Source: an uncultured Bordetella sp. (GTDB taxonomy: Bacteria > Pseudomonadota > Gammaproteobacteria > Burkholderiales > SG8-41). From it: a DNA stretch of 64,000 nucleotides. Both the position numbers and the translations under genes were made by a program. The notes under the pieces are model-generated. The model saw only the letters and a list, made by a program, of their open reading frames with translations, was not told the origin of the DNA and searched no databases. The DNA lies in the NCBI GenBank assembly GCA_964533495.1, contig CAZHJU010000008.1, forward strand, positions 18,451-82,450. The letters run 5' to 3'. This document shows positions 30,562 to 41,034 of the stretch, one piece after another (positions within the stretch are counted from its first letter, which is position 1; each line of letters begins with the position of its first letter).

Positions 30562-32400
30562 ATGAGCCAGCCAGCGACCCGGTTGCAGGCGCAGCCTGCG
30601 ATGGAAAGCCCGGCCCATGTCACGCATGCAAAACTCAAGGCCTGGGTTGCCGAAGTGGCGCGACTGACCAGGCCCGACCGCATCGTCTGGTGCGACGGCA
30701 GCCAGGAGGAATACGACCGCCTGTGCGATGAAATGGTCGAGGCGGGCACGCTGATCCGCCTGAACCGGGAAAAACGTCCCGGCTGCTTCCTCGCCCGTTC
30801 GGATCCGGACGATGTGGCGCGGATGGAAGACCGCACCTTCGTCTGCAGCAGGAACAGGGAGGACGCCGGCCCCAACAACAACTGGATGCCGCCGGAAGAA
30901 ATGAAGGCGACCATGCGGAAGCTGTACGAGGGCTGCATGCGCGGGCGCACGATGTACGTGATCCCGTTCAGCATGGGGCCCCTGGGCTCGCACATCGCGC
31001 ACATCGGTGTCGAGCTGACCGATTCCCCCTATGTCGCGGTGAGCATGCGCATCATGACCCGCATCGGCAGCAGGGTGCTGGACATTCTCGGCGCCGACGG
31101 CGAATTCGTGCCCTGCCTGCATTCGGTCGGCATGCCGCTGGCGGCGGGCCAGAAGGACATTCCGTGGCCGAGCAACAGGGAGCACAAGTTCATCACCCAT
31201 TTCCCGGAAGAGAAGCTGATCTGGTCCTTCGGCAGCGGCTACGGCGGCAACGCGCTGCTCGGCAAGAAATGCTTTGCGCTGCGCATTGCCTCGATCATGG
31301 CCAGGGAGCAGGGCTGGCTGGCGGAGCACATGCTGATCCTCGGCATCCAGCCTCCGGGCGGCAAAAAGCACTACATCGCGGCGGCTTTTCCCAGCGCCTG
31401 CGGCAAGACCAATCTGGCGATGCTGATTCCGCCGAAGGCGCTCGCGGGCTGGAAGGTCACGACCATCGGCGAAGACATCGCCTGGATCAAGCCGGGACCG
31501 GATGGCCGCCTTTACGCCATCAACCCGGAATACGGCGCCTTCGGCGTTGCGCCCGGCACCTCGGAAGAAACCAACGCCAACTGCCTCGCCGCGCTGCGGA
31601 AGAACACGATTTTCACCAATGTCGCGATGACCGATGACGGCGACGTGTGGTGGGAAGGCCTGACCAGGGAGCCGCCGGCCCATCTGATCGACTGGACCGG
31701 CAAGTCCTGGACGCCGGACAGCGGCCGTGTCGCCGCGCACCCCAACTCGCGTTTCACGGTCCATGCCGCGCAGATTCCCTCGATGGATGCCGATTGGGAA
31801 AATCCCGCGGGGGTGCCGATCAGCGCATTCCTCTTCGGCGGGCGCCGCACGACCACGGTGCCCCTGGTGGCCGAGGCCAAGGACTGGAAACACGGCGTCT
31901 ACCTGGCGGCGACGATGGCCTCCGAAACCACCGCGGCGATCGTCGGCAAGGTCGGCGTGGTGCGCCGCGATCCCTTCGCGATGCTGCCGTTCTGCGGTTA
32001 CCATTTCGGCGATTATTTCGGCCACTGGCTGGGGGTCGGCGCAAAGGTCAGGCAGCCGCCGAAGATTTTTGCGGTGAACTGGTTCCGCCGCGATTCCAAC
32101 GGCAAATTCATGTGGCCCGGTTTCGGCGACAACATGCGCGTGCTGAAATGGGTGGTCGAGCGCTGCGAAGGCAAGTCCGGCGCAACCGAGACGCCGGTCG
32201 GCAACATGCCGCGTTACGAAGACATGGATTGGAGCGGCATGGCGGGTTTCAGCCGTGAAACCTTCGACGCGCTGACCCATGTCGACCACGATGCCTGGCG
32301 CGCGGAGATCAGGGATCACGACGAGCTGTTTGGCAAGCTCGCGTCCCGCCTGCCCGCGGAAATGGCCGCGCAACGCAAGGCGCTGGAGCAGGCGTTATAA
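30562..32400 (+). CDS. pckG: Phosphoenolpyruvate carboxykinase (GTP)
   Basis: ...[13 protein letters not shown] (kinase-1a)...[13 protein letters not shown]...WEGL.... ATG at 30562 is preceded by AAGAGGAG. Confidence 0.95.
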   Translation: MSQPATRLQAQPAMESPAHVTHAKLKAWVAEVARLTRPDRIVWCDGSQEEYDRLCDEMVEAGTLIRLNREKRPGCFLARSDPDDVARMEDRTFVCSRNREDAGPNNNWMPPEEMKATMRKLYEGCMRGRTMYVIPFSMGPLGSHIAHIGVELTDSPYVAVSMRIMTRIGSRVLDILGADGEFVPCLHSVGMPLAAGQKDIPWPSNREHKFITHFPEEKLIWSFGSGYGGNALLGKKCFALRIASIMAREQGWLAEHMLILGIQPPGGKKHYIAAAFPSACGKTNLAMLIPPKALAGWKVTTIGEDIAWIKPGPDGRLYAINPEYGAFGVAPGTSEETNANCLAALRKNTIFTNVAMTDDGDVWWEGLTREPPAHLIDWTGKSWTPDSGRVAAHPNSRFTVHAAQIPSMDADWENPAGVPISAFLFGGRRTTTVPLVAEAKDWKHGVYLAATMASETTAAIVGKVGVVRRDPFAMLPFCGYHFGDYFGHWLGVGAKVRQPPKIFAVNWFRRDSNGKFMWPGFGDNMRVLKWVVERCEGKSGATETPVGNMPRYEDMDWSGMAGFSRETFDALTHVDHDAWRAEIRDHDELFGKLASRLPAEMAAQRKALEQAL

Positions 32401-32486
32401 GCCGCGCCCCCGAAACGGCTGCAGCAACAACGGCGACGGCGCTGGTGCGTTGTCGCCGTTTCATTTCATAAACAGGAGAAACGCCC

Positions 32487-32654
32487 ATGGCAAAACCGAA
32501 TTACGGATTTGCAAAACGGCAGCGGGAACTGGCCAAGAAGCAGAAAAAAGAGGAAAAACGGCTGCGCAAGCTGGCTGAGCAGGAGGTGCCACCTGCGGAA
32601 GATGCGGCCGGGCAGGCCGGCGAGCCCGCAAAGGACGCGCCGCTGCAAACCTGA
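32487..32654 (+). CDS. Small basic Lys/Glu-rich protein (55 aa, below the ORF-track cutoff)
   Basis: AGGAGA lies 7 nt before the ATG. Hand translation gives MAKPNYGFAKRQRELAKKQKKEEKRLRKLAEQEVPPAEDAAGQAGEPAKDAPLQT*. Confidence 0.55.
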   Translation: MAKPNYGFAKRQRELAKKQKKEEKRLRKLAEQEVPPAEDAAGQAGEPAKDAPLQT

Positions 32655-32713
32655 CAGGCAGGCAGAGCCGCAGGTTTCATTGCCGGCGGGGCGCTGCTGC
32701 GTCTGTCTTTTAT

Positions 32714-32735
32714 TTCAATAAAAACAATGAGTTAT
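32714..32735 (-). repeat. AT-rich motif copy (reverse orientation)
   Basis: The reverse complement reads ATAACTCATTGTTTTTATTGAA. Confidence 0.4.
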
Positions 32736-32879
32736 GACAAGCTCATATTGCCGGTAGCCCGGTTCTCTCGAGTTCCCGCGCGCCTTCGATAGCCGTTTCG
32801 ATACTGCACTGGATGCCGTTGCCGTCATCCGGAAATTTTTCGGGAGGCAGTGACAATGGCGAACAGGGCCGCATCCCGA

Positions 32880-32914
32880 TAAAAAAGGGCGCATGTCACA
32901 TGCGCCCTTTTTTA
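32880..32914. terminator. Bidirectional intrinsic terminator downstream of rne
   Basis: AAAAAA-GGGCGCATG-TCA-CATGCGCCC-TTTTTT. Confidence 0.8.
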
Positions 32915-32951
32915 CCGCCATGCCTGGCATCATTGCAGGCACTCAACAGCG

Positions 32952-35705
32952 TCAGCCCCGTGTTTCCACCTGCTGCAACGGTTCGTTGCTGACATGTTCC
33001 ACCGGCGGACGCACCCGCTTGATGCGGCGCGGAGCACCGTCATCCGCGTTCTGTGTCGCGGCCTGAAGGCGGTCGCGGCTGGTTTCCACCTGCTGCAGAT
33101 CGGATGACCAGTCGAGCTTGACGGCGTGCGCCGGCGCGGGTGCCGGAACGGCGGCTTGCTGCGGTGGTGCTTGAACCACGCTCACGGGTGCGGCCGTGGT
33201 TTCCGCTGCGGACGGTGGCACCGGCACATCAACAACAGGTTGTTGCACTACCTCGGGCGCTGTCGCGGCGGGTTCAGGCGCGGGAACGAAAGGTGCGGGA
33301 GGCATCGTCCCGGCCAGCGGCGCCGTGCTCTGCGCGGACTCCTTCACGGTCTCTGCGACCGGCACGAAAGAAGATGTTGCGTTGGGAACCGCAGTCGCGG
33401 CATCCGGGCCCGGCACAAAGGGCGTGCGTGGGTACCAGACGCGGTCACCGCGCTGCTGTTGCTGCTGCGGTTGTCCGCCTTCGGCCCGTGCTTCGCCGTT
33501 GCGCTCGGCACCGCCGCGGCGGCCGCGGCGGCGGCGACCGCCGCTGCGTTCCTCGCCACCCTGTTCGCTGCCCGGTATCGGCGTGGGTGCCTCGTTGACG
33601 GCGCCCGTGGTTTCGACGGGCAGCAGGCTTTGCTGCGCCGGGGATTCCGCCTGCTGCGGTTGTGCGGACGGATCGCGTTCCGGACGGGAGTCGCGGCGCT
33701 GCTCACGGCCTTCGCCCCGGCCGCGCCGCTGGCCGTGTTCATTCCGCGGTTCACCGGCTTCGCGTTCCGGGCGCTCACCGCGTTCGCCACGCGCGCCCCT
33801 CTGGCCGCGTCCACCGCGCTCTCCGCGCTCATGACGGTCTCCGCGGCCGCCGGAGCCGGCGTTGCGCTCGCCGCGCTGCGGGCGTCCGCCGCGGCTGCGG
33901 TCATTGCCGCCATTGCTGCCGTTGCGTCCGGAGGGACGGGAACCGGCGCGCGCGGGTTCGGCCGCGGCCGCAATTTCTGCGGCGGGTTTGCGCCGGAACC
34001 AGCCCATGATCTTGCCGATGATGCCTTCCTCGCCGGCGGCGGGTAGTGCCGCCGCCGTGGCTGCCGGGGCCGCTGCCGGCATGGCAGTCGTCGGCGCCGG
34101 TTGCAGCGGGGTGATGCCCTTGACGGCGGCTTCCGGACGCGGCGCCGCGGGCTCGGCGCCGGCGGCATCCTTTTCCTCGTCCACCGGCAGTTGCACCATC
34201 TCGTAGCTCGGCGCCAGCGGCTCGCTCTGGTTCAGGTCGTCATGACGCAGGCGGGCAACGCTGTAATTCGGCGTCTGCAGGTGCACGTTGGGAATCAGCA
34301 GCACGTTGACGCGGTGGCGGGCTTCGAGCAACTGCAGGTCGACGCGTTTTTCGTTGAGCAGGAAAGTCGCCACGTCCACCGGCACCTGGGCGTGCACGGC
34401 GGCGGTGTTGTCCTTCATCGACTCCTCCTGGATGATGCGGAGGATGTGCAGCGCGGTCGATTCGGTGCCGCGGATATGGCCGGTGCCGTGGCAGCGCGGG
34501 CAGGCGCTGTGGTTGGATTCGCCAAGCGAAGGGCGCAGCCGCTGGCGCGACAGCTCCATCAGGCCGAAGCGCGAGATCTTGCCGGTCTGCACGCGGGCGC
34601 GGTCGTATTTCAGCGCGTCGCGCAGGCGGTTCTCGACCTCGCGCTGGTTGCGCTGCGATTCCATGTCGATGAAGTCGATCACCACCAGGCCGCCGAGGTC
34701 GCGCAGCCGCAGCTGGCGCGCCGCCTCGTCGGCGGCCTCGAGATTGGTGCGGAAGGCGGTTTCCTCGATGTCGGCGCCGCGGGTCGCGCGCGCCGAGTTG
34801 ACGTCGATCGACACCAGTGCTTCGGTATGGTCGATGACGATGGCGCCGCCGGAGGGCAGGTTGACCGCGCGCGAAAACGCGGACTCGATCTGGTGCTCGA
34901 TCTGGAAGCGCGAAAACAGGGGCACGTCATCCCGGTAGAGCTTGGCGCGGCTGACGTAGTTCGGCATCACGTGGCTCATGAACTGCACGGCCTGCTCGTG
35001 GATCGACTCGGTGTCGATCAGGATTTCGCCGATGTCTTCGTGGAAGTAGTCGCGGATGGCGCGGATCACGAGGCTGGATTCCTGGAAGATCAGGAATGCG
35101 CCGTCCTGCTGCCGGGCGGCGCCCTCGATCGCGGTCCAGAGCTGGAGCAGGTATTTCAGGTCCCAGTTCAGTTCTTCGGCGCTGCGGCCGATGCCGGCGG
35201 TGCGGGCAATGACGCTCATGCCCTGGGGCACGTCGAGCTGTGCCACGGTTTCCTTGAGTTCCGCCCGTTCCTCGCCTTCGATGCGGCGCGAAACGCCGCC
35301 ACCGCGCGGGTTGTTGGGCATCAGCACCAGGTAGCGTCCGGCGAGGCTGATGAACGTGGTGAGGGCCGCCCCCTTGTTGCCGCGTTCGTCCTTGTCGACC
35401 TGGACGATGATCTCCTGGCGCTCCTTCAGGGCGTCCTGGATGCGGGCGGTGCTGACGTTGACGCCGGACTTGAAGTAGGCGCGCGCGACTTCCTTGAAGG
35501 GCAGGAAGCCGTGGCGGTCATGGCCGTAGTCGACGAAGGCGGCCTCGAGGCTGGGCTCGATGCGGGTGATGACGCCCTTGTAGATATTGCTCTTGCGCTG
35601 TTCCTTGCCGGCGGATTCGATGTCGAGGTCGATCAGCTTTTGACCGTCGACGATGGCGACGCGCAGCTCTTCGGCCTGCGTCGCATTGAACAACATGCGT
35701 TTCAT
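32952..35705 (-). CDS. rne: Ribonuclease E
   Basis: [30 protein letters not shown]... is the catalytic N-terminal half. The C-terminal scaffold is long and Arg/Pro/Glu-rich. Start set at 35705. Confidence 0.96.
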   Translation of the reverse strand: MKRMLFNATQAEELRVAIVDGQKLIDLDIESAGKEQRKSNIYKGVITRIEPSLEAAFVDYGHDRHGFLPFKEVARAYFKSGVNVSTARIQDALKERQEIIVQVDKDERGNKGAALTTFISLAGRYLVLMPNNPRGGGVSRRIEGEERAELKETVAQLDVPQGMSVIARTAGIGRSAEELNWDLKYLLQLWTAIEGAARQQDGAFLIFQESSLVIRAIRDYFHEDIGEILIDTESIHEQAVQFMSHVMPNYVSRAKLYRDDVPLFSRFQIEHQIESAFSRAVNLPSGGAIVIDHTEALVSIDVNSARATRGADIEETAFRTNLEAADEAARQLRLRDLGGLVVIDFIDMESQRNQREVENRLRDALKYDRARVQTGKISRFGLMELSRQRLRPSLGESNHSACPRCHGTGHIRGTESTALHILRIIQEESMKDNTAAVHAQVPVDVATFLLNEKRVDLQLLEARHRVNVLLIPNVHLQTPNYSVARLRHDDLNQSEPLAPSYEMVQLPVDEEKDAAGAEPAAPRPEAAVKGITPLQPAPTTAMPAAAPAATAAALPAAGEEGIIGKIMGWFRRKPAAEIAAAAEPARAGSRPSGRNGSNGGNDRSRGGRPQRGERNAGSGGRGDRHERGERGGRGQRGARGERGERPEREAGEPRNEHGQRRGRGEGREQRRDSRPERDPSAQPQQAESPAQQSLLPVETTGAVNEAPTPIPGSEQGGEERSGGRRRRGRRGGAERNGEARAEGGQPQQQQQRGDRVWYPRTPFVPGPDAATAVPNATSSFVPVAETVKESAQSTAPLAGTMPPAPFVPAPEPAATAPEVVQQPVVDVPVPPSAAETTAAPVSVVQAPPQQAAVPAPAPAHAVKLDWSSDLQQVETSRDRLQAATQNADDGAPRRIKRVRPPVEHVSNEPLQQVETRG

Positions 35706-36129
35706 TTTTTCTTCTCCCGCGCTCAAGGATTTGCACGGGATGCACACCACGCCGCCCGCGGGCGGCGGACTCAGAATGTTTCAGTCGATTGGGAGTTGCA
35801 TGAATCGATCGTGATCAGTGTCCTGGTTATGCAGTGTGCCTTGCAGGGACCCGCGACATGCGCAGATCCGGGGATTCAAACCGTGCCTTGAGCGCGTAAT
35901 TCATCTAATATCGCTACTTCCATCGGTGAGCGACTTTAACCCTGTGTTTATTGCGGTCACGACCATGGCCGCGACTCCAGCAACAGCGCCTTTGCCGCAT
36001 TCGCGTATCGGGGGCAGCCATCGCAGGGCACACCAGTTCCGGAATTCCTTCGCGTCGGGCTCGGGCCCAGGTGCCGGTTTCGGCATCCGCGTTGTCCGCC
36101 AAGAGTGTGGCCTCAAGAAGTATAAGTAA
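35706..36129 (-). promoter_or_regulatory. Long rne 5' leader / divergent rne-rluC control region
   Basis: A 424-bp non-coding gap separates divergent rne and rluC. E. coli has the same gene arrangement, and there the rne leader mediates autoregulation. Confidence 0.5.
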
Positions 36130-37089
36130 ATGAACAAGTTAAGTAAAGATTCCATATTGCGGCAATCCGTCGGCGAGGATGCGGCCGGCCAGCGCATCGA
36201 CAACTATTTGATGCGAAGGCTTAAAGGGGTGCCGAAGAGCCATATTTACCGGATCCTGCGCAGCGGGGAGGTCAGGGTCAACAGCCGCCGGATCGGTCCG
36301 GATTACCGGCTGCAGCCGGGGGACGAGCTGCGGATACCCCCGGTGCGCACGGCGGCGCCGGCGGAACGGCCGTCCGCGCCGGCGGCAGCCGGGTTCCGGC
36401 CGGTAGTGCTGTTCGAGGACGAGGCGCTGCTGGTGATCGACAAGCCGGCCGGACTGGCAGTGCATGGCGGCAGCGGAGTCAGTTTCGGCGTGATCGAGGC
36501 CCTGCGCCAGAGCCGTCCCGGCCACGCCTTCCTGGAACTGGTGCACCGGATCGACCGCGAAACTTCCGGCGTGCTGATGCTGGCGAAGAAAAGGACGGCG
36601 CTGGTGGGGTTGCACCGCCAGATGCAGGCCGGCGAAGTGTCGAAACATTATTTCACGCTGGTCAGGGGCCTGTGGAAGGAACGCAAGCGCGTGGTCGACC
36701 TGCCGCTCGAAAAGAAAGTGCGTGCCTTGGGCGAGCGGAAGGTCAACGTCGGGCCGGCGGGCGATTCCGCGATCACGATATTCCGCTTGGAACGCAGGGT
36801 GGGCCCGTACAGCCTGCTCGACGCCGAACTGAAAACCGGACGTACCCACCAGATCCGCGTTCACCTGTCCCATCTGGGGTATCCGATCCTCGGGGACGAC
36901 AAATACGGGGATTTCGCGCTGAACAAGGCATTGGCGAAGCAGGGGCTGAAGCGAATGTTCCTGCATTCCTCGAAAATCGGCATCCGCCATCCGCTGGGCG
37001 GCGAAAAACTGGTATTCGAGGCGCCGCTGCCTGCCGAACTGCGGGAATTCGTCGCGGCCTGTCTCAAGCCGGGGCACCATGACGCCTGA
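36130..37089 (+). CDS. rluC: 23S rRNA pseudouridine synthase RluC
   Basis: S4 domain followed by ...HRIDRETSGVLMLAKK... (RluA-family catalytic Asp motif). Confidence 0.9.
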   Translation: MNKLSKDSILRQSVGEDAAGQRIDNYLMRRLKGVPKSHIYRILRSGEVRVNSRRIGPDYRLQPGDELRIPPVRTAAPAERPSAPAAAGFRPVVLFEDEALLVIDKPAGLAVHGGSGVSFGVIEALRQSRPGHAFLELVHRIDRETSGVLMLAKKRTALVGLHRQMQAGEVSKHYFTLVRGLWKERKRVVDLPLEKKVRALGERKVNVGPAGDSAITIFRLERRVGPYSLLDAELKTGRTHQIRVHLSHLGYPILGDDKYGDFALNKALAKQGLKRMFLHSSKIGIRHPLGGEKLVFEAPLPAELREFVAACLKPGHHDA

Positions 37090-37735
37090 GTTCGAACTGC
37101 TGGTCTTCGACTGGGACGGCACGCTGATGGATTCCGCGGCGGCGATCGCCGAATCGCTGCAGGCCGCCTGCGCCGAGCTTGGGGTCGCCGTGCCCGGAGA
37201 CCGGCAGGCGCGTTACGTGATCGGCCTTGGCCTGATGGACGCGCTGGCTCATGTCGTGCCCGATCTGGCGCCGGCGCAGTATCCGCGGCTGCTCGAACTC
37301 TATCGCCGCCATTTCCTGCTGCGCGACCGCGGCACGACGCTGTTCCCGGGAGCCGCCGACATGATCCGCGAATTGCGCGATCGCGGTTTCATGCTGGCGG
37401 TTGCCACGGGCAAAAGCAGGCGCGGGCTGGATCGCGCGCTGGAGGAGACCGGCCTCGCGGGGTGTTTCGACACGACGCGCTGCGCCGACGAGGGCTTCTC
37501 GAAGCCGCATCCCGGCATGTTGCAGGCGGTGATGGACACGCTGGCCACTGCACCCGGGGCGACGGTGATGATCGGCGATACCACCCACGATCTCGAAATG
37601 GCCGCCGCCGCCGGCGTGGCCGCAGTCGCCGTCAGCTACGGCGCCCACGAGACGGCTGCATTGTCGGCCTGCCGCCCCCTGGCGCTACTGGACGATCTGC
37701 AAGGCTTGCGCGAATGGTTGCTGTTGCGGCGATAA
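37079..37735 (+). CDS. HAD-superfamily phosphatase (phosphoglycolate phosphatase-like)
   Basis: LLVFDWDGTLMDS (DxDGT motif I)...GDTTHDLEMA. Confidence 0.85.
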   Translation: MTPEFELLVFDWDGTLMDSAAAIAESLQAACAELGVAVPGDRQARYVIGLGLMDALAHVVPDLAPAQYPRLLELYRRHFLLRDRGTTLFPGAADMIRELRDRGFMLAVATGKSRRGLDRALEETGLAGCFDTTRCADEGFSKPHPGMLQAVMDTLATAPGATVMIGDTTHDLEMAAAAGVAAVAVSYGAHETAALSACRPLALLDDLQGLREWLLLRR

Positions 37736-37766
37736 TGCGCTTGCGGTCCCTGCTCAGGGATATCAT

Positions 37767-37792
37767 AAGTATTTGTTTTTAAAGGATATTTT
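37767..37792 (+). repeat. AT-rich WTTGWTTTTAAA motif copy
   Basis: AAGTATTTGTTTTTAAAGGATATTTT ends at the S49 peptidase ATG. It matches the 44751 copy at 23 of 26 positions. Confidence 0.5.
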
Positions 37793-38746
37793 ATGTTAGA
37801 TCAACAATCTTCCAATCCCCAGTGGGAGCGGGGCATTCTGGAGAAGGTGGCGCTCGCCGCCATCCAGGAGCAGCGCCGTTCCCGCCAGTGGGGCATGTTT
37901 TTCAAGATGATGGTGCTGCTGTACCTGTTCGCGCTGCTGTTCATCGGCATGGGCTGGTTCGGCGGCAGCGAAGTGTCCAGGGGAAGCCATACCGCGCTGG
38001 TCGATGTTTCCGGAGTCATCGCGCCGGGATCCATGGCCAGCGCCGACAAGGTGATTGCCGGGATGCAGGCGGCGTTCAAGGATAAAAACACCAAGGGCGT
38101 GATCCTGCGCATCAACAGCCCCGGCGGCAGCCCGGTGCAGGCGGGTTACATCAACGATGAAATCAGGCGCCTGCGCGGCAAGTATCCGGAAGTGCCGCTG
38201 TATGCGGTGGTCGAGGACATCTGCGCTTCGGGCGGTTATTACATTGCCGCCGCGGCGGACAGGATATACGTCGACAAGGCGAGCATCATCGGCTCCATCG
38301 GGGTGTTGATGGACGGCTTCGGCTTCACCGGGACCATGGAGAAGCTCGGCGTCGAACGCCGCCTGCTGGCCGCCGGCAAGAACAAGGGATTCCTGGATCC
38401 GTTCTCGCCGATCCAGGCTGAACAGACGGAGCATGCCGAAACCATGCTCGACGACATTCACCAGCAATTCATCAGCGTGGTGCGCCAGGGGCGCGGCAAG
38501 CGCCTGAAGGAAACCCAGGAGATGTTTTCGGGACTGCTGTGGGTCGGGCAGAAAAGCATCGACCTCGGACTGGCCGATGCGCTGGGCAGCCTGGATTTCG
38601 TCGCCCGCGAAATCATCAAGGCCGAGAACATCGTCGATTACACGCAGCAGGAAAACATCGCCGAGCGCGTTGCGCGGCGTTTCGGCGCGGCTGCCGTGGA
38701 AACGCTGGTCAAGCTGGGCGGGATCGGCAGCTTCAACATCCGGTAG
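37793..38746 (+). CDS. S49 family signal-peptide peptidase (SppA/SohB-like)
   Basis: N-terminal TM helix, ...INSPGGSPVQA...ASGGYYIAAAADRIY...GSIGV. Confidence 0.85.
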   Translation: MLDQQSSNPQWERGILEKVALAAIQEQRRSRQWGMFFKMMVLLYLFALLFIGMGWFGGSEVSRGSHTALVDVSGVIAPGSMASADKVIAGMQAAFKDKNTKGVILRINSPGGSPVQAGYINDEIRRLRGKYPEVPLYAVVEDICASGGYYIAAAADRIYVDKASIIGSIGVLMDGFGFTGTMEKLGVERRLLAAGKNKGFLDPFSPIQAEQTEHAETMLDDIHQQFISVVRQGRGKRLKETQEMFSGLLWVGQKSIDLGLADALGSLDFVAREIIKAENIVDYTQQENIAERVARRFGAAAVETLVKLGGIGSFNIR

Positions 38747-38761
38747 CGTGACGCCCGGGAT

Positions 38762-39487
38762 CTATGTCCCGGCGTAGACCAGGAATACCGAGGGCCGCCT
38801 GTCGATTGACGGAGGATTCCCGCGCCAGTCGGCGATGCGCCGGGTGCGCACCTGAGCGGACGGCTGCGTCAGGTCGGTCGCCACGCAGAGGAGCGTGTCC
38901 GGCGCGCAGTTGTCGAGCAGCGCGCGCAGCAGGGCATCGTTGCGATACGGCGTTTCGATGAAAATCTGCGTGGCATCCTCCCGCTGCGAACGCCGTTCCA
39001 GTTCGCGCAACCGTTCCGCGCGCGCCGCGTTTTCGACGGGCAGATAGCCATGGAAGGCGAAGCGCTGGCCATTGAGCCCCGAGGCCATCAGCGCCAGCAG
39101 GATGGACGAAGGGCCGACCAGCGGCACGACGGTGATTCCGGCCCGGTGCGCGGCGCGCACCAGCAGGGCGCCGGGATCGGCGATGGCCGGGCAGCCCGCT
39201 TCTGACACCAGCCCGACATCGTGACCCTGCCGCAGCGGCTCGAGCAATCCGGGAATGGCCTGCGCCGGCGTGTTCTTGTCGAGCATCGTGATGACGGCTT
39301 CGGTCAAGGGGCGCGGATAGCCGGCCTGCTTGAGAAAGGCGCGCGCCGACCTCGGATTTTCGGCGATGAAACGGGTCAGCCGGCCGGCAAGCGAAAGCGC
39401 GTGGCCCGGGAGCACGTCCGCCAGCGCGGAATCTCCAAGCCCGGTGGGCAGCAGATACAGCGTGCCGGGGACAGGGTCTGCGCTCAA
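38762..39487 (-). CDS. SAM-dependent methyltransferase, tetrapyrrole-methylase fold (RsmI-like)
   Basis: GTLYLLPTGLGD...VGLVSEAGCPAIADPG...GPSSILLALMASGL. Confidence 0.75.
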   Translation of the reverse strand: MSADPVPGTLYLLPTGLGDSALADVLPGHALSLAGRLTRFIAENPRSARAFLKQAGYPRPLTEAVITMLDKNTPAQAIPGLLEPLRQGHDVGLVSEAGCPAIADPGALLVRAAHRAGITVVPLVGPSSILLALMASGLNGQRFAFHGYLPVENAARAERLRELERRSQREDATQIFIETPYRNDALLRALLDNCAPDTLLCVATDLTQPSAQVRTRRIADWRGNPPSIDRRPSVFLVYAGT

Positions 39488-40071
39488 GGGATGGCGACCC
39501 CTTCCTGCCGGAGCATGCCGACCAGCGCGACCAGCGGCAGGCCGACCAGCGCCGTCGGATCGTCGCTTTCGACACGTTCGACCAGCGTGATGCCCAGGGA
39601 CTCGATTTTCGCGCTGCCGGCGCAGTCATAGGGCCGGTCCTGCAGCAGATAGCGTTCGATCTGCGCCGCTTCCAGTTTCCGGAAATGTACCGTGGTCGGC
39701 ACGCTGGCCGTCTGCATCGCGCGGGTGGCGGCATTGAGCAGGCACAGCGCGGTGTGAAAGACCACCGTGTTGCCGCTCATGGCGCGGAGCTGTTCAGTCG
39801 CAGCGGCGTGGGTTCCGGGTTTGCCGAGGGTTTGCTCGCCAAGAACGGCGACCTGGTCCGAACCGATGATCAGCGCCGGGGATTCGCGCTCGCCGATTTT
39901 CAGCGCCTTGGCGCGGGCCAGCCGGAGCGCGGTGGCGGCGGGTGCTTCGCCGTGCAAAGGACTTTCGTCGATCTCCGGGGCGAGGGCGGGGCAATCGATG
40001 CCGATGCGGGCGAGCAGCGCCCTGCGGTAGGCGGAAGACGAGGCCAGCACGATCGGGGGATGCGGTGTCAT
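39484..40071 (-). CDS. maf: Maf-family nucleoside triphosphate pyrophosphatase (YceF-like)
   Basis: IVLASSSAYRRALLARIG...IGSDQV...YDCAGSAKIE. Confidence 0.9.
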   Translation of the reverse strand: MTPHPPIVLASSSAYRRALLARIGIDCPALAPEIDESPLHGEAPAATALRLARAKALKIGERESPALIIGSDQVAVLGEQTLGKPGTHAAATEQLRAMSGNTVVFHTALCLLNAATRAMQTASVPTTVHFRKLEAAQIERYLLQDRPYDCAGSAKIESLGITLVERVESDDPTALVGLPLVALVGMLRQEGVAIP

Positions 40072-40192
40072 GGGTTTGCCGTGCTAAGTGCCTGAAACGG
40101 CAGGTGTTCGGGAGGCGGACGAAGCTTGCGGCGACACGGGTCGGCGAAATAAAAGTACAAGGCTAAGTGCTTGGCTTAACAGGGAATTTGGC

Positions 40193-40768
40193 ATGAATGT
40201 TTTTGACAGCAGATGCCGAAAATACTATCATGCGCCGCTTATGTCCGGACCCGACGCAGTGCATCGCCTTGAGGATCCGTTGGCGTTTGCGCGCGCAGGC
40301 AGTTCGCGCAGCGGCCGGATTGCCATCGCGGCCATGCCGCGGCTGCAGGACCGGTTGGCCGGCACGGGTGGAATGGTTTCCTACGCCTTGCGCGGCAGCC
40401 TGGACCAGCGTCAGCGGCCGTTGCTGGAACTGGAGATTGCCGGAGCGCCGCAGATGCGCTGCGACCGCTGCCTGGCCCGGCTGGATTTTCCGCTGAAACT
40501 GGCTTCCAGGGTGCTGCTCGCAGAGCCCGGCGCGGGCCTGCCCGAGGATGCCGATGATCCGGAGACGCCGGAATGGATCGAGGCGGGGCAGGAACTGGAC
40601 TTGCAGGAATTGGTGGAAGACGAGATTTTGCTGGGCCTGCCGTATTCGGTCAGGCACGGCGACGGGAAGTGCGGCAGTTGGGCCGGCGAGCGCGGATCTG
40701 GCGGAAAGGTTTCGCCGTTTTCGGTGCTGGAGCCGCTGCTGGGCCCGGAACAGGTGAACAAGGATTAA
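40193..40768 (+). CDS. yceD: YceD (DUF177) 23S rRNA accumulation protein
   Basis: ...[12 protein letters not shown]...[17 protein letters not shown].... It lies directly upstream of rpmF. The true start may be the Met at 40241. Confidence 0.8.
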   Translation: MNVFDSRCRKYYHAPLMSGPDAVHRLEDPLAFARAGSSRSGRIAIAAMPRLQDRLAGTGGMVSYALRGSLDQRQRPLLELEIAGAPQMRCDRCLARLDFPLKLASRVLLAEPGAGLPEDADDPETPEWIEAGQELDLQELVEDEILLGLPYSVRHGDGKCGSWAGERGSGGKVSPFSVLEPLLGPEQVNKD

Positions 40769-40784
40769 TTTTCAGGAGATTGAC

Positions 40785-40964
40785 ATGGCTGTCCAGCAAA
40801 ACAAGAAGTCCCCGTCCAAGCGGGGTATGCACCGTTCCCACGACGCGCTCGGCAAACCCGCGCTCGCCGTGGAGCCGACCTCCGGTGAAGCGCACCTGCG
40901 CCATCACATCAGCCCCAACGGCTATTACCGCGGCAAGAAAGTCATCAAGGCCAAGGGCGAATAA
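40785..40964 (+). CDS. rpmF: 50S ribosomal protein L32 (59 aa, below the ORF-track cutoff)
   Basis: Hand translation gives [64 protein letters not shown] lies upstream. Confidence 0.93.
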   Translation: MAVQQNKKSPSKRGMHRSHDALGKPALAVEPTSGEAHLRHHISPNGYYRGKKVIKAKGE

Positions 40965-41034
40965 TCACGCCCTGGCGCCTGCGGGATGACCGGCTCCACC
41001 GAAGCCGGCGGAGCCCGAAGAGGAGGATTCCCTG

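Noticed and set aside
32715-32942. A 75-aa minus-strand ORF between the small basic ORF and rne, and a possible sRNA ending at the 32887-32907 hairpin.
   Set aside because: The ORF has no SD, has odd composition, and spans the rne terminator. The sRNA idea has no promoter evidence I can see. The hairpin is adequately explained as the rne bidirectional terminator.
33100-34200. Repetitive GC-rich DNA in the 3' half of rne, which produces many overlapping ORFs and could be mistaken for a repeat array or CRISPR.
   Set aside because: It encodes the Arg/Gly/Glu/Pro-rich RNase E scaffold ([23 protein letters not shown]...). There are no regular direct repeats with unique spacers.
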